This document shows, piece by piece, positions 57,100-64,000 of a stretch of 64,000 nt of DNA. Each line of letters begins with the position of its first letter. Within the stretch, counting starts at the first letter, position 1. The position numbers and the translations under genes were made by a program. Under the pieces are notes generated by a model. That model was given only the letters and a program-made list of their open reading frames with translations. It did no database searches and had not been told where the DNA came from. The DNA is taken from the NCBI GenBank assembly GCA_964016885.1, contig OZ024745.1:105772001-105836000 (forward strand). The letters are read 5' to 3'. Source of the stretch: Eledone cirrhosa (lineage: Eukaryota).

Positions 57100-58450
57100 A
57101 ACAGGCGTTTAATAAGTTGCAGTTAGAATGCAAATATATAATTTTCGAAACGTGAGATGTAACGGTGGCAAGTCCCAACGAAGCTAACGTTATATCTGCA
57201 TTGATTCGTACAACCTTCAGGCCTCCGACAAAATATAGCCATCCATATCTTTTGTTTGTTTGCAAATTGTTTCTCATCTATATCGTTGTTGAGATACGTT
57301 TGTTTGATAGTCGCATAGAACATCACCGAATTCTGAGTTACCCTTTAGGAGTTTACACCCGAGTCGTATTATCTTCCTCTCTTGCATTCCCTACTTTTGT
57401 TTAGCAGATACGATTTGAGGGCTACCAAACAGGATTCAAAGTGTGCCTGGACTCTCAAAATAGTGCTGCCAGATATGTCTATATCTAGAGGGTTCCCGTT
57501 ATCAAATATAAGGCTTCCATATATATTACGGTTAATTACTGGTACAGGAAAGACATTCTGCTATATCCTCATGTAGTTAGAGGTAAGCTCCCACAGACAA
57601 AAATGTTTAAATATGGATTAATATTCTTCAGGCACATTATCTTGGTTCACTTCATTCTGTTATTCACTATCATATACTTTCCTCAGTGCCTAGGTATGTA
57701 TAGCACCAATTGCGTGGAGCATTGTTGATACAAGACCATTTACGTATTTGTTTTCGTTTGAAAGTAGTTTTCCTACACCAAACTATCAATTATGAACATT
57801 TGTATTCCGATATCAACTATAAATGTTTCTTAGCATTGAATATATTCAATGTAGATCTTAACATTATCGCGAAAGTATTAATGACTTACATTCCTGTATC
57901 CCCTTGTTATAGACCACAGGGCATAATCGGCAGATTGAGTTTAATACCCCCTTGGTGTTGTTTAAAAGAACTATAACATTGAAAACAATAATTGTGTTTT
58001 TAGTTACATGCATAAGAACGATAAACCGGATCTTTGTAAGGTTTTAATGGCAGCAGCTAAAGCAATTGTTACTTTTATTAAAGTGAATGGCCGATATTGC
58101 CAGAAGCCTTTTGTGTAAACAAGATATACTACCACTACCACAATGTATGTATGTTAATGCTTTATATTAATACTAAATCCACAGTTTTAGTAATTAGAAA
58201 ATATTTGTTAGATAACCCTCCTGTTTTTTACGTTTACGTTTATTAGTTATATGTTAAGTTAGAAATAGTTCGGAAGTAAATTTTACAAACAGCCACCGTA
58301 TAATATTTTACTACGTCGATAGTTGTCTGGCAATTCACCGTCTTCTTTCTTGGCTATAATATGTGTCCGTTGTACGGCAACCAAGTTCATTATATTGATT
58401 TGGACTTCCATGGTTCTGTTGCAAACACGTCAGTGGCGTTCAGTAAAACA
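57100..58450 (-). pseudogene. Highly decayed RLE-type (R4/Dong-like) non-LTR reverse transcriptase
   Basis: Ordered remnants: PDNYRR (cf. PxNYRPI), SH*YFRDNVKIY (cf. HLxFxDDLKLY), VDIGI, YLGTEE, QNVFPVPVI...IDI...IL. Confidence 0.55.
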
Positions 58451-58901
58451 TTAATATCTCCTTCCAGCATTAAAGAATTTGTTTTCTTCCTAGCGCATCA
58501 TAATATGTAGCTCTTCGAGAGATTTGGTAAACAGTCTTAAGTCGATAATGTATGTTTACTATTGGCATTTCGACAGTATCCGTTCATTTTATTCAGCTAC
58601 GATACATTATGATTCCCATCTTTCTTTTCATTTCAAATCTTAGATCACCACGATGCAAAATATTCAGGTATTCGTAATATAGATATGTTGTTGCTTTAAA
58701 TCGATCGGTATAGGAAACTGTGAGCTACTACAGTTCACTACCAAGCGTTCATACCAAGATTATATATATATATATATATATATAGTTAGGATATGACGAT
58801 TAAACAACCGTATTACATATAATGTCATTTGAAAATATTAAAAATATTAGAGTTAATAGAACAATTAACTCTACTCTTTTCAGATAACATTATCTGTAAA
58901 A

Positions 58902-59092
58902 GGGCGGTGGATTGGCAGTATTGGTAGAGAGTCGGACACCATGCTTTGCAGCGAAGAGCTACAGCCCTGTATGATCTGAGTTCAAATCACGCCGAGGTTA
59001 ACTTTGCCTTTCATCCTTACGGAGTCGATAAAATAAGGCACCAGTAATACTATGGGATAATTGTTGGCCTTGTGCCAAAAGTAGAAACAATT
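58902..59092 (+). mobile_element. Full-length SINE with TSD
   Basis: ATTATCTGTAA on both sides; A/B boxes, core and tail. Confidence 0.9.
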
Positions 59093-59267
59093 ATCTGTAA
59101 TACGGTTCTTTAACTGCCATATCCTAACTATACACATTTATGTATATTTCTCTCACAACCCCTAACCATATATATATATATTATAATATACCGCTCGGAA
59201 AAATATCTTTCTTAGAGCTATTTTATTGTAAGAGACTGTTTTGTGTTCCTAAATCAATATATACCTT

Positions 59268-59303
<36 letters not shown>

Positions 59304-59420
59304 CTCGCTCAAAGCCTTATTTGAGCTGGTTTTTGCACCATTTACCATGATATCATAATGTGTGATTTGTGTATATGTTCTAAATATTATTTCGTGATGA
59401 CGATAGAAGCATTTGAATAA

Positions 59421-59510
59421 ACTCTGAAGAGACCTGTGTATAGTAATAATCGAGAGTTACTAAACAAATTCCCTAACCGTGGCTCAATACAGCTAGAAAC
59501 AATTGTACGT
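59421..59510 (+). ncRNA. Hammerhead-like motif with long irregular stem II
   Basis: ACT-CTGAAGA-GACCTGTGT...ATACAGCTA-GAAA-CAATTG-TA-CGT. Confidence 0.4.
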
Positions 59511-59647
59511 GTAGAAATGATTTAACTTGTTGGTGTTATTTAAACTATTAAAGAATAACAGATAACCATGACCGTCATTGTATTGAGCTATAAAACAGCT
59601 TGTAAATGAGTATAATTACTCCCATTGATATTATAATTTTAACTATA

Positions 59648-59803
59648 TATGTTAGACACGCAGTGACTAACAACAGAATGTTTTAAGTCTGCATGTCTGA
59701 TATATATGCGTAGCTTGTAAATAAATATGTTAGACACGCAGTGACTAACAGCAGAGTGTTTCAAGTCTGCTTGTCTGACATGTATGCGTAGCTTGTGAAT
59801 AAA
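59648..59803. repeat. 78-bp tandem duplication
   Basis: TATGTTAGACACGCAGTGACTAAC... repeated twice. Confidence 0.9.
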
Positions 59804-60213
59804 CATTTCAAGGGGTTTCGCTGGCCGTGGTGATCCCTGCCAAACATCTTTTGTCTTATTGGCTAATCAACCAATGAGAGTAATTGTTGCTCAAAAGCAT
59901 CCGCCACTTTGTTTGCACGTTTATTTATCGTTTCGCTTTCGAATCTTCCTCCTGTATTTCGTCGTTTATCATCAAAATATTTTTCTCGTTTTGGTAAGTT
60001 ATATTGTTAATTTATATATTATTTTTTAAATTTATATTAACTATTTTTTTTCAGTTCGTTAGAACATGCTTATAATATTGGTTGTATCATATTTACTTGT
60101 ATATTTGTCCATATTATTGTTCGTTTTATGTTAGATTATTTTATTATTATTATGTTAGATTATTTTTTTTATTATTATGTTAGACTATGTTAGGTCCATT
60201 CATGTTGACATCT

Positions 60214-60267
<54 letters not shown>

Positions 60268-60431
60268 TCTAGCTGTCGAAATGGCCGGAGCTCAGCCGTC
60301 GGGGTCCTGACTCTTTTCCTATTACCCACTCTACTGCCCTAAGTATTCAGTACTCTGGTACATTATAGTCCACCTGGTAACTTACTACACCCTCTTTGTT
60401 ATATATATAATGGATAAATAGTAAGTGTTAT

Positions 60432-60481
<50 letters not shown>

Positions 60482-60868
60482 GGGGTGGGGGTGTTTGTTT
60501 GTATGTGTGTGTGTGTGTGCGTTTGTGTCTCTGCGCGTATATTTCTAATTTAAACCAGTACAAAGCAAAGAACGTTAACTACAGCTACTCTTCGTGGTTA
60601 ATTTCTGGATTTTTCTTTATAATTAGAGAACCTTGAGGTAGAACCCTAACACAAAAAGCGAAAACCAGTCAGTGTTTACATGTGACTGATACTGACAGCC
60701 GTGATAGAAATTATAATCGAAATGTTGAAACATTTACAAAACCAGTCAGAATTTATATAAACATGTCGAGTAGTGATATTGTAACTTGTTTCCCTGTCGT
60801 CAGAAGAAGACTCATACAAATAATAAATAATTATTCATGATGTGAGCAGAAAGGAAGTTCCTTAGGGC

Positions 60869-60921
<53 letters not shown>

Positions 60922-61069
60922 CTCATCCAGTTGCCACAGAATCTTTTCGTTAAAGGCCAACTCCTAACTTTGTCAAACACAGAACATGCACGATAATTTC
61001 ACGAGCATATTGTTTTGTTGTTGGAACAATTGTATCATTCGTCGTTAGAATCGTCGGATGTGCACTATG

Positions 61070-61143
<74 letters not shown>

Positions 61144-61245
61144 CAAAAGGGATATTTAATTTGTTGGTAATTCAACAAATATATATAAATATATATAATA
61201 GAATAAATATGGTTTTATAAATATAGTTTCCATTTATTTAATATC

Positions 61246-61281
<36 letters not shown>

Positions 61282-62674
61282 CGCGCGCGTGTGTGTGTTT
61301 GCGTGCGTGTGCGTGTGTATGTGTGTGTGCATAAACAAATGCGATGTGAAGCTGAATACGTATATATATAAACGTATGCATACCCAATAAACCTGTAAAT
61401 GTATTATATGCATACGTATGCACATATAAACTTATACGTACATGTCAGAATCATTATAATAACTTGTTAATATTTCTCACTTATTGATTTTTCTCTGTGA
61501 ATGATATCGGATTAGCAAGGTAGGTCCTCTTATAGAAAGAAAAATATTTACGTTTCATAATATGCAATTTTATTTTTGATGTTGCATTAAAACAACATTT
61601 CTTTCGGAAATATGAACCTAAGAGATTGTTGTCAGCAAATGCTAACTGAAAAAATATATATCAAATATTGAAATATATTTCAATGTATACATAAGATTAA
61701 GATTAAATCCTGAATCTAGAATAGTATATCCTGGCTAGGAAAAGATAAAATGAAAGGAAAGAATACATACAAATTAAATAATAAAAATAACAAAATATAA
61801 AACAAAACTAACTTTCAAAACAAAAATAAAAATTAATACACCAAAGAAACTCAAACGAAACCAAAATAAAAGAGATTAGTATAAAATGTTAACATTAATG
61901 CCAGTCAGAAACTGAAATAATGTATCTAAAAGCGAAAGCCAAGTATTGAGCAAAATCCATAAGGCAAAATATAATTCGAAACAAGATTTCTCATGCATTG
62001 GTGTCATGTTGGTCATTTTCACGCCACAAACACGTTGTTCATTTTGTTGTTAGATGTCAATACTTGAACTCTTTCCAAAGTAGGTTGTCTAAATATTGGC
62101 AAGGTTTCTCTCATTGTTGTAGATACTTAGTGGTGTGATTGCCTGTGAGTTTTTTTAAGGCTGACAAATTATATAGCATTTACTGATTGTTGTTGCTTAC
62201 ACTACTGGTTACATTTGACAACTTCACTATTACCAGCCTCTCCATTTAATTGTATTCAATCATATGCTTGGTGATGGTCCAAAACTTAAATACAACTTAA
62301 TATGCTCCATTGTATTTTTTCATTGTTATTTAATCAAGTTACTGAAAGGTATTTTAGTAATCCATGAACATGTTGGGGCAGTTAAAACCATCGCCTATAG
62401 CTAGATATTTAGATATTTAGATATTAAAATAGTTGTATATATATGTATATATGAGGTATATATGTAAGTATGTATGTATATATGTATATATGATTAGATA
62501 ACAGTGAAAAAGGACACTGGAGCATGTAAGTGTTATTCAAGTTTTGACCTAACACGAAGCACATATTTGAATACAATTGGTTGCACAACTAATTTCAAAC
62601 ACGTGTAAGAGAATAAATATGTATATTTTTTAAAATGATATAAGATATAAGTTGATTTTGCCCTGAATATACTT

Positions 62675-62739
<65 letters not shown>

Positions 62740-64000
62740 AAGTGTGTGTGTGTAACATACGGGTTTATAGTTTTACACCGCAAAGACTGCACTTAATTTA
62801 GCTATGTAGAAATCCTGTATGCTTTTAGTTGTTATAGTATTTTAACTATTATTAGTTGTCCCAATAAAACAGAAAGACCATTACTGCAAGCCATTTTGGA
62901 TCTTATAGAAAGATGGGTGGGCGTAACATAGTGACTTTATTAGTAAAATTCCTATTAAAGTCGAATCCATACCTATTGGTAATGAGGTGAATGCTGTGCA
63001 GCAAGCCTAGGTGTAAAATAAATCAATGTCGGCGAGAAAGCAAAATGCCTCATGTGTGTTGTAGAAAATACGTAAAAAATCTGGACTGTAGAAGATATAA
63101 AACCCTGATAGAATTTAATTTAGCAGAGCATTGGCAAATATTACAGTTAGAAAAATAGACTTCCTGGAAGTAATTATTGTCTTCATTGGCAAAAATATAC
63201 AATAACCTTTGTAAAATGAGATAAAGCTTTACACCTTAATGTGGGAAATCGTGCTGCCGCTTCGGACAGGACCATACCCGGTAGAAATGATTTTTATTCG
63301 AAACCTTATAACTAGAACATGAGGACTCATCTTTTTCACTTTAAACATCGTATCAAGAAATATTGGTCTTGGTAATATAAACAGAATTCATACCAACCTT
63401 TACTAAGTGTCAATAGTTGTAGAGTATATAGCAATAACGTTTAAAAGAGGATATTGTGAAAGATGGATGCGTTGTCACATGACAAGACATTTCTAAGTGC
63501 ATTAAAATAGAAGAAATGGGGAGTGGATAGAATATGAAAAATGTACTTACTCACTACGTAAGAGGCAATGGATAAAAACTGACATGAGAAAGACCCATAA
63601 AGAAGTTGCACTGGGTGAATTATAAGAGTTCGCTGCTCCATAATATGAAAATATATAGGATATAATGTTTATACCTCAAGCGTACAGCTTACAGCTTTCT
63701 TACATTGAGATTGAAACCTGCTAGAAGATGCCTTTTACAGAGGTCGAATTCAATCTCATTAAACAAAACAGAGGGTTGATGGTAGAATTTTCTCTAAAAT
63801 TCTATTTCACACGTTCTTAACATTAAGCTAAGGCTACTATGAAGCATATTAGAATTTATAGATTATTAGATTATAGTGAGTATCCTTGTTTTCATCGCTT
63901 GTTTAGTAAATCTATTATGAATTAAATCATTCCTTTGGAGGACACATTGATTTGTAACATGAATTAACACAGCAATACAAATTATCAGTGAGTATAAATT

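Noticed and set aside
62750-63650. Possible CR1/L2 RT relic (FNFSRAL resembles LDFSKAF)
   Set aside because: Only one weak motif; could not recover ordered RT motifs.

Overview
AT-rich, microsatellite-dense eukaryotic non-coding DNA. The SINE families and (TA)n/(CA)n load suggest a mollusc, probably an octopus-type cephalopod (inference). I find no credible host exon; nearly all track ORFs are microsatellite translations. Recognisable content: many tRNA-derived SINEs (one as a 7-unit tandem array), decayed non-LTR retrotransposon fragments (Penelope-like GIY-YIG, L1/Tx1, CRE, RTE, R4/Dong-like), Helitron remnants and Tc1/pogo-type MITEs. The main signal is roughly a dozen different families of short, (TA)n-anchored elements that each carry a type I hammerhead ribozyme (HHR) motif. 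Most have a palindromic stem III, many sit in inverted-repeat pairs, some show non-canonical cores (U3-A8; U3-A8 plus C13), and one family folds back exactly at HHR stem II. All folds were read by eye; none was computed or assayed.
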